The translations under genes were made by a program, and so were the position numbers. Below, piece by piece: positions 50,829-62,332 of a DNA stretch of 64,000 nt. Location of the stretch: contig NW_027191402.1 in assembly GCF_041146345.1 (NCBI RefSeq), positions 124,001-188,000 on the forward strand, written 5' to 3'. The notes beneath the pieces were generated by a model, which did no database searches, was not told the origin of the DNA, and saw nothing but the letters and a program-made list of their open reading frames with translations. Numbering within the stretch: position 1 is the first letter of the stretch; every line of letters begins with the position of its first letter. The stretch comes from Neodothiora populina (taxonomy: Eukaryota).

Positions 50829-53800
50829 ACACACAAAACGTCTTCACAGTGTACCTTTGCTCGTGGCAAGAGAAGTACACAGGCATAGGTCACTTGCCTG
50901 GCACGGCAGACAAGATCGCGATTTGGATGACGAAAGTCAGATAATCGTTGGTATTCCTGTAATCATGTGGTCATCCTGTCAATAGTTGTCTCTTTGCACA
51001 AGGGATGTGAACTCGTCATAAGGCCTTGTGTCTATTAGGGCCATACCGACGTCAGTTCTCATTTCCTATCCTATCGAATTCCAACGTCTTGATGACCCAG
51101 GGGTTCATTCAATTTTCATATCCTGTCATCTCCCAGGCCGTTGCACCTAATGCCCATAGCACAAATTCAATGGCGTGGCCAAAAGTCGTGTCCGCTACAC
51201 AAGAATATACTGTACCTCCAACAAACCCGTTGCGCACAACGGGAACGTCTGTAGTTGCTAAGAAAACGCATTCGGCCTCGACTCGATTGATAAGGTCTGC
51301 TGGACCCGAAACCGACTTTTCGACAACCTTCGCTGCCAAAGACCCTTTTCAACGGCCCGGTCGACACAGGTTCTCCCATAGCACTGGAATTGAGGCTTTG
51401 TATTTCTCCGCATTTCGGAAACTGCGTCGGTGGCTGCCGCGCGCATCGCTCTGTGCCCCTCCATCAGGAAATGAACAGGGCCAGTAAGGCATTCAATTCT
51501 ATTGCGCAAACATTGCGCATTATTCCCTAATCAGAAACACTTTATTTTCACGATCTCCATGACTTCCAAAGACAGCCTGCGGGAGGCACTCGAGATCGCG
51601 CATGGCATTGGGCGCCCAGGAGTGCTCGCGACGTGTTGATGTTTTCCTTCAAATCTCTTTGTTTGGGGGGAAAGACGTCACACCCCTCAGAGGCGCTAAA
51701 CTAAGAGCAGTAGGCACTCGTCCCCACATAGAAAACCAACAATATCGCAATCTTCGCTGACTTGCGATCGTGATCGCTTAAATCTCAAACAGCGGTCAAT
51801 TTACAGGAGTTGTTATACAGACCCCCACGGTGCCTCCTCGTCATCGTCGTTGGATCACTGTTCGCATCTTCGATCTGTTATCTCTGCTGACGTCTTCAGG
51901 CGACTTTGTTCTCACCAGTTCTAGTCTTCCATGGGGTGAAACTGTGAGCCGCATAGGCGCCATATCTCAGTCCTTGGTGCGGTCATCTGAGACCTTGCGA
52001 ATGTGTGATCCGCAACAGCAAACAAATAAACAATCTAACAAAAGGTTCGAGTGTTCCACGTTTGTAAACACATCTTTCCCCACAGATCTCGATCTGATCT
52101 GGTCTCGGTCTCTATCATATCTTCAAACACCCATCTTTACTGGTATGGATCAAAATATCACGACACACGTTGTATACCGAGGTCGCCACTCTATCCATCA
52201 AGGTTATGATAGTGGTAGCCATATCCGGTTTTGACGTAAGCTGTGACCGGTCGAGGCTTGCCGACTACGCCGACTCGATACCGGTGACAGGGCATACTAT
52301 CGCATAGACCACGCCGTCGCGACGCATCGACCATGATAGCCATTATAGGTCTCTGTCAAGTCTCCGCTCTCACTTGGTCACGAAAAGGTCTGCGCTGCGG
52401 ATGATATGACGTCCGACAGCGCGGATCCCGAACACCACTATAGCGATTGACCGGGAGAGAGGTTATTCGAAGTCGAGATGCGACCACTGGCCTGATTCTA
52501 CGTCAGCCGACGCAGTTGGGCGCGTATGTTGATTGTTGATATTGTTGTTATTGTTGATATTGATGTTGTTGTTGACTTCGCTCTTTGCTGACATACCGAG
52601 GTATTAATTACTTGCGCATGCCTTTGCGCTTGCGCCGGCGCTGCGATAGCATATTCGCAAACACCAAGAGGACGCGCAATGTGATTGGGAGGTGTCCCCG
52701 GTGTAGAAGAGAGACACGCCATCACGCGACACGACCAATAGATATTCACTTTCCGGACGTGGAAGCCATAGCTCTACTCGAACGAGTCGCATAGTCGATT
52801 GACCGTCTCTCCGTTGCACTGCCGATATCAGGGCGAGCCAAAGAAGCATGGAGTTCCGTCGCAGAGCTTCGCAGTGTTTCTCGAAGTCGAATCTGCTTGA
52901 TGGGAGAGGTATCGTCCATACAAGGTGGGCTTCATCGATGGTATGTGTAATCAGGTCACATGTCGCTGCAAATGTTGTCAGCTGCGTGTGTATTACTTGG
53001 AGCATCACAGTGCTTCACCATTGCTTACGATATAAGCTTGACACTGGTATGATACTTGCACTTGTTGATGCCAAGACTGATCATCTAGTAGTTGCACATA
53101 AGTTGACATGGAATGTTGTTCTGACCCTTTCATGAAACCGCAACAGCATACAATGACTCGAAGACAGGTCATGTTGCCGTACACATGCATAAGCGGGTGG
53201 TCAATGGACTCTCCTCCGTTAATTCGTTGCTTATAGGAGCGTTGACATTCACTACCAAGGATATTGTCCACTGGCCCCTGTTTACGGTCACAGAAAGAAG
53301 GACAAGCTCGACTGGAATGAAACGCGCATGCACAACTCGTGACTCTCAATATCACATCCCTTCTAATGACTGACTGGCACAATAATCACGATATCCCACA
53401 TGGTTTATTTGACCCCTACATACGATATTCCCGACGTCGACCGCATTCTGCAGGGAAAGACGGTGTATCGGGACAGGGGTGTACAGCTACCGGCGCTCAG
53501 CTGCATGTTTCATCATCTCTACTCGGTAAGTGATGAACATGATCGAAAGCAAGGTATCCGATAGATTACTTGCAGAAACCTTGCTAGTGGCATGACTTGC
53601 GTGATGCTCGATGTTGCATTACAGAGCCCTCTGGCTGACTTGCTGTGTCGCCGAATAAGAAAGGTGCAGAGGTCGAATGCAAGACTGTTCGACTACAGGG
53701 CCGTATCGGTATAATGTTCGATTCGATCTTCCATGTTTCGAGTTTATATGCTACACTAATGCATATTCCTACCTGCTCCAGGCTTTATGCTGTCACTTCA

Positions 53801-56172
53801 CATGGGCCACATAAAGCGCAAGTCAGTGACATTTTCTCCATCGGGAAATTATGCAGCGGCTCTCAATGATCTTCTATCTCAAATCGTAGGTTGGAATGCT
53901 TGACTGCCTGTGCATCATATACTATATTATCGTGATCCTGCCAAAAGTACAAAAGCTTGGCGGCTGCGGATGCGAAGTCGAAAGTTCCAGAGTCCATACA
54001 GACGTCGAGGAACGACACGGAAGGATGGAAGTGTGGAGAAGGGCGTTGGAAATAGAACAAACTACAATTAGTCCGACACGCCCATTCAATCTATGACTGG
54101 GGTATACACTCTTGGAAGTCAGTTTATCACCCGTTGACATATCGATTAATCTATGAATATCAGAATATGTAGGATTTGCTGCTTACGCGATCTCTAAAGG
54201 AATACGACATTCCTGCGTCCGGACATTTCTATCATAGCAACACATAGTAGTGTTACGAGCTCGAACCGGTCGACGGATACAACGCTCTTCTTCTTTTCTC
54301 TTATCTCTGTCTACTCTGTTGAAAGCGAAGCTTAGGAGAACACGACCAGCACTTACATTTATCAGCTGCTACTGCTGCACGCTACTCCTCGCACACATCA
54401 CTTCACCACGACTCTTCGCAATCATCATTCCACAATTCTTAGTCCATGTCGTCGCAAGATGACTCGACATGAACGCCAAGGCCCAAGTTTAGGTCTACAG
54501 CACTAGACGTTTGTTGGTTGTACAGTGCAGCAGCAGAAGCATCTACATATTAGGGTTGGACTAGTTCCTTTGAGGTGCAGGGAGATACCAGCGCAAAGGA
54601 CGCGCATTTTTGATCTTTAAGCCAATCGAGGTTCATTCATGCACTCCGAAACTCAGAGTAGTCATCGTCTCCACCTTGGCTACATGCTGCAGGTTTATTA
54701 TCTACATAGTCACCCACGGCACGTTCTTGTTGCTTTGAACGCGTGTGTGTGTGAGTTTGGCTTGGTCTTCGCATTTGATCTCTTGTTGTGTATACTTGTC
54801 AACAAACGCCCTTGTCCTCGTGGTTGCTGCGTACTGTAAAGAGCTGCTGGGCCCCGAAGCATAGCAGCAGCAGTAGGGTTCAATACACGAGTACCCACCT
54901 TATCTACTCTTATCTTCCGACGACCTTCCCTTGACAATTCATAATACAATATTATCTCATGCATGACACAACGACCGCACATACTGCCCAGACCCTTCCT
55001 GACCACAACTCTCTATCCTACCTTACCCTTGCTCGGGTTCCCCATCCAAGCAGAGGCGGTTTCAGTTTTACTAGCCAAACCCAGAATCAATCGCTTAGGA
55101 AGGTGCAGCCAGCCTCGCCCACTCCCTCCCTTCTCAGCTGGGCGCGGCTCAGCCGTACGGCATACAGTACAGCTAGGCTCCGTAGCAGGAAAGCCCAACT
55201 CTCAAGTACAGTACGCAGACAACAAAACGGGCCCCCCACTTCAATACCCCGAACGGGCCATATAAACGAATGATAGCGCAGCCACACACTCTCTCTCTCT
55301 CTCTTGCCCTGGCTGCAACCCGTACAAGGGTCGTACTGTGGAAGGTCCAGAGCAGAGCTTAGATCGGTAAGGTGGTTTTTCCTCACGGTTTCTGGTTGCT
55401 GCACTAGTCGGCGGATGTGATTGATTCTCCGATGGAACGGAGTAAACAGAGGGTCCGCCCTTTTTTGGTAGTGATAGGCGACTTGAGCATGAGTGAGTGA
55501 GGGTGGCCAGGAGAATGGACGCTATGCGCTCCCGCTGGTAAACTGTGGATGGACCTGCTAAAGCGGCTATGAAGGTTAAGTAAATAGAGATCGTGATGCT
55601 AAGGTAGGTAATTCTGCGTGAGGCAGCGAGTACTGGTGGACGTGTATCAATGGATATGCCGGAGGAGCTCTATATATTCACTGATCTTCTCCTTTCATGT
55701 ATATATCCCTGCATTGTGTTCTAGGTATGTTTTCGAATGAATGCACTGGTGGTCATGCATTATTGAATTATTGTTTTCTTGATCGGGCTTGCGTATAGAC
55801 GCCGTCTGGAGGGCGACCCTGGTCACTGGACCAATCATTGTTGGCGATTCCTATTCGAGTCGAACCAGGGCGCGCAACTATATATCACAGCACTCATGGT
55901 TTCTACAGTCCGTACTCGATATCTTAGACCTTTGATACATAGGCGAAGTGGTGATGCCACATTGTCATTCATTACCACTCTCGCATCAGTGTCTTGAAGG
56001 GGAAGGTAGACCTAAAGGCATCCATCCACACTGATTAGGCAACGACATTCGAGCTGTGTCACATCGAGAACATCAATAGAATAAATATATATCCACATAT
56101 AAAACCCAGAAACCTTCAATATCAATGAGTGGTCCCAACACCACCTCTACCTATCTGCTTTGAGTGAAAAAC

Positions 56173-56883
56173 ATGGCGTACGAAATCACGCCCATCAAGT
56201 TCTGGGAGCTAGACACCTTCATCTATCACCAACGCACCACATTCGCATCCAGCGATGTCAGTCTTGAAAGAATGTTCTTGCCGAACGGATACACAGTGCA
56301 CATGCACACGTTCGCGCGTCGAGGTCTAGAGAAGGACTATAAGGATCCACACAAACTATGCACGCTTATCCGCGACCCGGCGACAAAGCAAATCGCCGGC
56401 GGCGCAAAGTGGGAGATCAAGTCTGAGGCGGACGCAATCGAGTCGCTGATCGAGGCCGAACAGCAAGGGACAAAGGAGGGCGAAGAGACGGAAGAGGTAA
56501 GAAAGGACGTCAACTTTGCGGCGATGGATGCGAGTCACCTGGTCCAGTCTCGGTGTCGTCGTGAGATCATGAAGGGCCAGCCGCACGTCTATCTCTGTAC
56601 GCTTTTCGTCCTGCCCGAGCACCAGAGACGCGGCGTCGGGCATGCAGCTATGCAATGGGGAATGGAGAAGGCAGATGCGCTGGGCTTACCGGCGTATCTC
56701 GAGGGCTCGGAGGCTGGCAAAGGCTTATATGAGCGATGGGGGTTTGAATTTGTTAAACTCTACCCTCTTGATACTCGAGCCTGGGGGAGCCCTGATGCTG
56801 GAGCACACTACTGTAAGGTCAGGAAAGCCAAGAATGACGTATCTGGCGATATTCCACCAGCGAAGCACGCTGTGCTTCAATAG
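56173..56883 (+). CDS. GNAT-family N-acetyltransferase
   Basis: Acetyl-CoA motif LFVLPEHQRRGVG, then AYLEGSEAGKGLYERWGF. Confidence 0.88.
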   Translation: MAYEITPIKFWELDTFIYHQRTTFASSDVSLERMFLPNGYTVHMHTFARRGLEKDYKDPHKLCTLIRDPATKQIAGGAKWEIKSEADAIESLIEAEQQGTKEGEETEEVRKDVNFAAMDASHLVQSRCRREIMKGQPHVYLCTLFVLPEHQRRGVGHAAMQWGMEKADALGLPAYLEGSEAGKGLYERWGFEFVKLYPLDTRAWGSPDAGAHYCKVRKAKNDVSGDIPPAKHAVLQ

Positions 56884-57784
56884 CATGATCGCACTTTGTC
56901 TTCACAGCAGTGGCGGGATCACCTGACGGAGGGAATGAGACCACCGTCGTCGTCAGCGCATGCACATGGTCCGGCAGACCTAGCAAATGGACGTGGAGAC
57001 AAGGATGAATTAGTGCTGGAAACATCGGTTACATGGGCGGGCAAATTGCATAGGCGCTTTAGCAGTTAATATATGGGGCTGACGCTCGCATTCGTGGAGA
57101 ACAAGCTGCATATATTCCTTGTATCCGCTTAAGACGACTTCCTTATCAAAGCGTCCATGATGGATGAAGCATATATAGTTCTTCTTGAACCACGTTTATT
57201 CGACGTTTGCACAAAACAGGTTTGCAAAAGGGTGCGAACAGGACTGTTATCTGGCTTTTGTCCTTCCACCAGGCCCTGCTGGAGCCAGCCCCGGAAATGA
57301 CGTCGTGTATCGTTGCTCAATGATGTAAGGTATAGGTAGTCGTCCAAGTACCTAATCACCTATCCGTAAGACAGATCTCGTCCATAATGTGTTCGTAAAC
57401 CAGGCTCTGTCGCAAGCGATCGGTTCTTTTGTTCTGCGCTCCTAGTGTTGCGATGCAATCTCTGAATGATGGCCTCGTCAGCAAAACACAGCACTGTGCA
57501 GCATAAACGGACCATGGCACGTATTGTGTCTTATGTGGTTCATGGCTAAGATCAACAATTCAACCGAAGTGGAAGTCTCACTTCGCACATTGGAGAGCTC
57601 AGATGTCTTCATCAGATGATGCGATCCTTGTGGTCCCTCCGTCTCGCAGGACCGCAAGTGCGTGATCGGAAAGCGACGCAAGTCGGAGAAATCAGGCGTA
57701 TCCAAAGACGCATGTCCGCATAGATTATCGCACACTCTCCTCTCCAAACATGGCGTCTAGATGGCCGTGATCATCATCTCATCA

Positions 57785-58492
57785 TTACACGCCTTTCTCG
57801 CCGGACGGCCTATCGCTCTTCCTCGAAATCCAGCTCATTGCCATCGCCCTCAACAAGCCAACAGTTGTAGCTTGTCCTATGCGCAGATTCGGTTGCACTG
57901 TCCCAGGCACGTGCATGAACATAACAGGACGCTCATCCATCTTGTCGCTCTGTACGCGATCTTTCTTCCGTCGCCAATGTTCAGCCAACATGGAATAATA
58001 GATGAAGTCGCAAAGATAGTGACCTGCGTCGATGCTGGGTCTTAATATAAGTCCATTGAAGACGGATGAGGATGAGGTTTCTTCAGAAGAGCTCTCGAGC
58101 AAGATACTGCGCCAGCGTTGAAAGATGTCATCAAAATCAAGAGAGGTCTCGAGAATTGGTGGACAATCGGGCCAGAAGATCTTCCCATCGTCTTTGTCTA
58201 TGATCTTGCCATATCTGTCTTCGTGTACATCATAGTTGTCTCTGTGAGCTAGCTTTTCGATTGAATAGTAGTTGCGATTCATGATCATGCCCATGTGAAG
58301 CACCATGTCGATGTTCTCGTAGGCGGCATAGAGTCGTGGTACAAGGTTGCGGATCTCTGCATAAGATGGAGGAATCTGGTATGGATAAAGTGTTATCTGG
58401 ATAGATACTGGACATTTTGACGTTGGTGGTATTGTTGCTGGAAGTGTCGACGCGATTAGGTAGGATGGATTTACACGCTCGTCTCCGAAGGG
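57785..58492 (-). CDS. Pyroglutamyl-peptidase I-like protein (peptidase C15); main exon, 5' exon unresolved
   Basis: After branch GCTAAT and acceptor TAG (58493) the frame reads PFGDERVNPSYLIA...VLHMG...IEKLAH...DAGHYLCDFIYY...FMHVP, retaining the Glu/Cys/His triad. Confidence 0.8.
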   Translation of the reverse strand, partial: PFGDERVNPSYLIASTLPATIPPTSKCPVSIQITLYPYQIPPSYAEIRNLVPRLYAAYENIDMVLHMGMIMNRNYYSIEKLAHRDNYDVHEDRYGKIIDKDDGKIFWPDCPPILETSLDFDDIFQRWRSILLESSSEETSSSSVFNGLILRPSIDAGHYLCDFIYYSMLAEHWRRKKDRVQSDKMDERPVMFMHVPGTVQPNLRIGQATTVGLLRAMAMSWISRKSDRPSGEKGV

Positions 58493-59546
58493 CTACGTAG
58501 AGACATGGATTAGCTCCTGAGGAGTGCTCTTGGCGAGCTGCAATTACTCTGCTCACTACTTCACTCGTCGACGAGCGGTGCTAGTGAAGTAGCCCAACGA
58601 TACCGACTCATGGTCTTGCTGAGGATGTCGGCCTGCGTCTCGAGAAAGAATTGCTCGGTCCCGCAGATAAGCACGGTGAAGCTTCGCGGGGAGGAGCAAG
58701 TCTACATCTCAGCGAAGACCCAACGTGAGGCCTCTTCTAGCATGCGTGCTCGTGTAGTTCAAGGAGCAGGATATATTGCTTACACCAAAGCCTGTCAGAA
58801 GGACAGTGACCGTCTTGTGCTTGTTGTCCATACGTGCGTTAGCACTGATCGAATCTGTTGCGAGACCGTGGCAGTTGTTCAACCTCCAGGAGGTGAATTC
58901 GAAAAGACAAGGAATAGTGCGATGCAGGAGAAAGCATACTATCTAACGATAGGGTGAGCAACTGTTTTCATTCGACCCAGGGTATCACATTTGTGTGCAA
59001 TGGCATCTTGATGAGGTCAGTAGACCTTGTCGTGTCCACTTGATTGATGTCCAGCGTGAACGTCATTAGCCGCTTAACAGGTCAGTCAGCCTAAACTTCC
59101 ATCTAAGCTACAACCTATTGACGACGATTTTTGAAACCATGCCAAATTGTTCATTCAATGCTTCATCATCTAACATGTTCATTCTAATACTAGGATCCTA
59201 TCGATAGTCAAGTCTCATAGAGATCTTCGTTCTGTCTTATTGCGACTCGCGATAGGACAATCTACATATCTACGAAGAAAGTGGCATTCTTTGGACGCAA
59301 GAATCCTTGTGAAGTGGCAAATCACACTTTTATTTCCCTCAAGTAAATCAACATCGATAACACCAGATGGGCAAGTACAGCGATGATTAATTAGCGTAGT
59401 TGAGGTTCTGCTCGAACTGGCGCAGCGTTGCTGGCACGAGACAGAGGTGTGTTCATCTATTGAGGCCATAGTCATCGTAGCGGCTGGTGGTCAGAGATCT
59501 GAATAGCCGGAGAGGGGTTTCGATGTTCCCCTCTCGTTAAGGCATC

Positions 59547-61088
59547 TCATAAGCGATTCACTTTGATCTCCGCCGCCTTGCGTAGTCGATTCATGACCGC
59601 AGCGGCAGTGTCGCCCTCGAGGTCTTCGATGCCTTCAACGATGATAGCATCGACATCCTTCTGGTCAAGGGTCCTCAATGCAGAGAACAGTCCCCGCGCC
59701 ACAGACCTCGTGTCTGGTCCGATGTTCAAGTCCCAAACGTCGAACACGCACGCCTCGGTATCTTCTACTGAAAACTTTTTCGCTGGTGCGCTCTCTTGAA
59801 CACGCGATTCTTGCAGTAGCTCTGAGATAGGTGATGTGTTTGCCAGGTCGTTGCGACCTTGTTTCGTGACTTCGTCGGACGTCTCTTGTGAGACGTGTTG
59901 CTGTGCTTCGTCCGTATCCACCCCCGCGATCGGTTGCCAATATTTCGTGCGAACAATTCCAAGGGTTCGCCGAGTGCCTAGGTGGCGAGCCAAGTCGTTC
60001 TCAGTAGGCTGTACTCCGCCGGCCTCAAGTAGGATCACAGGAGCTTTAGGTGAATAGTGACGGTACTTCATCCCAGGCGCTCTTGGCGCTGTGCCCTTTT
60101 CAGAAGCATCGCGATAGCCCACTGTTGTGTTTTCCCAACCGGGACAACTTCGGATCTGTTCCAGACCTATACCACCAGGTCGCAGAATAGAAGGTGGTAA
60201 GGAAAGACCATCTACGACTGTGCTCTCGACGCCGATATCGCAACAGCCGCCATCCACGATCAACTCAATACGACCGTTGAGGTCATGGAGAACATGTTCT
60301 GCTGCTGTAGGCGATGGCTTAGTCGAGGCATTTGCTGATGGAGCTGCGACCGGCACATCTGCGAGTTTGATCAAAGCGAGAGCTAGTAGGTTCCTAGGCA
60401 TGCGCGCACCAAATGTGTCGAGACCAGCAGTAACCTCGGGCGCGAGTGCAGAACCCACGGGATTGTTCAAGAGGATGGTAAGGGGGCCAGGCCAAAATCG
60501 CTTGATGAGAGTGTGATAGATCGTAGGAATGGGATCTTCGTATGCAAGTTGTGAGTCTGAGGTAGCCCCGGTCTTGCTGGCAGGGTGAAGTAGCCTGCGC
60601 AGCTGACTCAAAGAAGCGACATGCACGATCAGAGGATTATCAGATGGCCGCTGCTTCGCGCGATATATGCCTTTCACAGCAGCACTTCTCGTAGCGTCAG
60701 CACCAAGACCATATACAGTCTCGGTAGGGAATGCGACAGGTATGTCGGAACTTTTCAAGTGCTCAGCCGCCATTTGCAGATCAGCAGCGTCCTGTGAAGA
60801 GCTCAGTCGGATTTCCCAGTCCTCCAAAGGTAGATCTGTGTTCGCAACATCAAATTCGCCAAGGTTGGTCGACTTGATGGGCAATACCCTAGTGGCCAAT
60901 TGACCTTGATCCTGCGCATCCGTTCCAGGACTTGTTGTGGAAGCCATCCTGTAGAGCCGTGAGATTGATGGTGCTGTTGAAGTTATGCCTGAAAATGAAG
61001 TGCTGGTCGATGCACTTATATGATTGCACCAATTCCGTCGTGTTTTGTGAAAATTAAATCTGATGTGAGCTCGAAGCAGTGCCTTCAT
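59547..61088 (-). CDS. SUA5: Threonylcarbamoyl-AMP synthase (t6A tRNA modification, YrdC + Sua5 domain)
   Basis: VAFPTETVYGLGA, KQRPSDNPLIVH, FWPGPLT, APSAN, GVESTVVD, APGMKYRHYSP and AVMNRLRKAA. In-frame ATGs at 61088 and 60947. Confidence 0.95.
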   Translation of the reverse strand: MKALLRAHIRFNFHKTRRNWCNHISASTSTSFSGITSTAPSISRLYRMASTTSPGTDAQDQGQLATRVLPIKSTNLGEFDVANTDLPLEDWEIRLSSSQDAADLQMAAEHLKSSDIPVAFPTETVYGLGADATRSAAVKGIYRAKQRPSDNPLIVHVASLSQLRRLLHPASKTGATSDSQLAYEDPIPTIYHTLIKRFWPGPLTILLNNPVGSALAPEVTAGLDTFGARMPRNLLALALIKLADVPVAAPSANASTKPSPTAAEHVLHDLNGRIELIVDGGCCDIGVESTVVDGLSLPPSILRPGGIGLEQIRSCPGWENTTVGYRDASEKGTAPRAPGMKYRHYSPKAPVILLEAGGVQPTENDLARHLGTRRTLGIVRTKYWQPIAGVDTDEAQQHVSQETSDEVTKQGRNDLANTSPISELLQESRVQESAPAKKFSVEDTEACVFDVWDLNIGPDTRSVARGLFSALRTLDQKDVDAIIVEGIEDLEGDTAAAVMNRLRKAAEIKVNRL

Positions 61089-62332
61089 ATAGTTTCTGAT
61101 GGAACTGTAAAGGTGATTCCTAACCAGCGCATTATAGCGAGATTGATTTCTTCCTTTATTTACTTCATGGATCTCAAGTCCATGGTTCGATGAAGTCACT
61201 ATTCATAATTATTGCAGTATGAGTAATGTACAAGTACAACAGGAAAAAAGTCCATGTTCGGGCGCAAAGGGTCCATGACTAAGCAAGCGCCAGTCTTGTC
61301 GCTCAAAGTAAATTATTAAGATTCAAGAGCAAAGCATGACCAGGTCGCGGTGGAGGTGAGAATAATACTTTTTTTTGACCATGAACGATCCAGGTACGGT
61401 AGGTAGGAAAGGTAATAGATACCGTATGAATGAGTGATTATAAGGGAAACGAAAAGGAAAGGGCTCTCTTAATCGTGCGTGTAAAATGGGGCTGAGGGGC
61501 GATCAGATATGCTTTGTACGTCAGTTATCTACTGTACCTTAGCCTACCTACCTAAGGTACCTGACCTTATGATAACACGCCTCTGCCTAAGCGGAGTCCG
61601 CTTCCCCACTGTGTATGATCATGTGAATGAGGGACGTACGCTACGCCATACAAGTTGTACTGTACATACTGATAGCTAGTGGAGATGTTTGACCAGGTGC
61701 AGGACACGACAGGGGCTATCGACATATCGCAGCATATTATAAACATGTAACATGAATAGGGCCACATCATAAATGATGGCCAAGTTCTAAGGTAGACTAT
61801 GATTCATAGTAAAGCGCACGAGGCCCTATCGCAAGTAGACTAGGGTTTGTCTGATGACCTCCAAGAAGTCATTGGCGGTCCTGATATGGCTATCATATGC
61901 CCTTATTATGTCAAAACCCAGTGAGGAACACTAATATAAACACATACTCCAATGTCAGCATTCAAAAGTGCTCGATGGAATTGTAGTTACATGTTACAAT
62001 GGCAGAATCGAGTCCAGTGAACCATTGCAATCCAATGCGCTGCTCCTGCCTACTAAAAGGGTGCGTGAAGTCATTAGCGACCCAACACTCAAAGTCCGCA
62101 GTACGTGTAGAATTGCTACCGCCCAATACCGTACCAGTCCCTGCATCGCCCTGTGGCCTGCCCCTAGTTTGAGACCAATAGACGTTCACTGTCTTTAGCT
62201 TTCAAGTGGGCGATTGGCCGACCAGACCTCCTTCACCATGAACGCCTCCCAGATATGTTGCCTTTCCCCCGTATATGCTTGCTGTCCTAGGATATCCTGT
62301 TGTTGAAGTTTGTCCTACTCCAACCTCCACAA

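Noticed and set aside
53098..53147. ATAAGT...CTGAC...CAG on the plus strand, resembling a telomerase-RNA terminal intron
   Set aside because: No adequate template upstream on that strand (only CCCTAA at about 51525); probably chance.
54570..54605. ATACCAGCGCAAAGGA resembles the 3' end of a fungal TPP riboswitch
   Set aside because: The upstream CTGAGA and AACTTGATCTGGATA elements are absent, and no thiamine gene is nearby.
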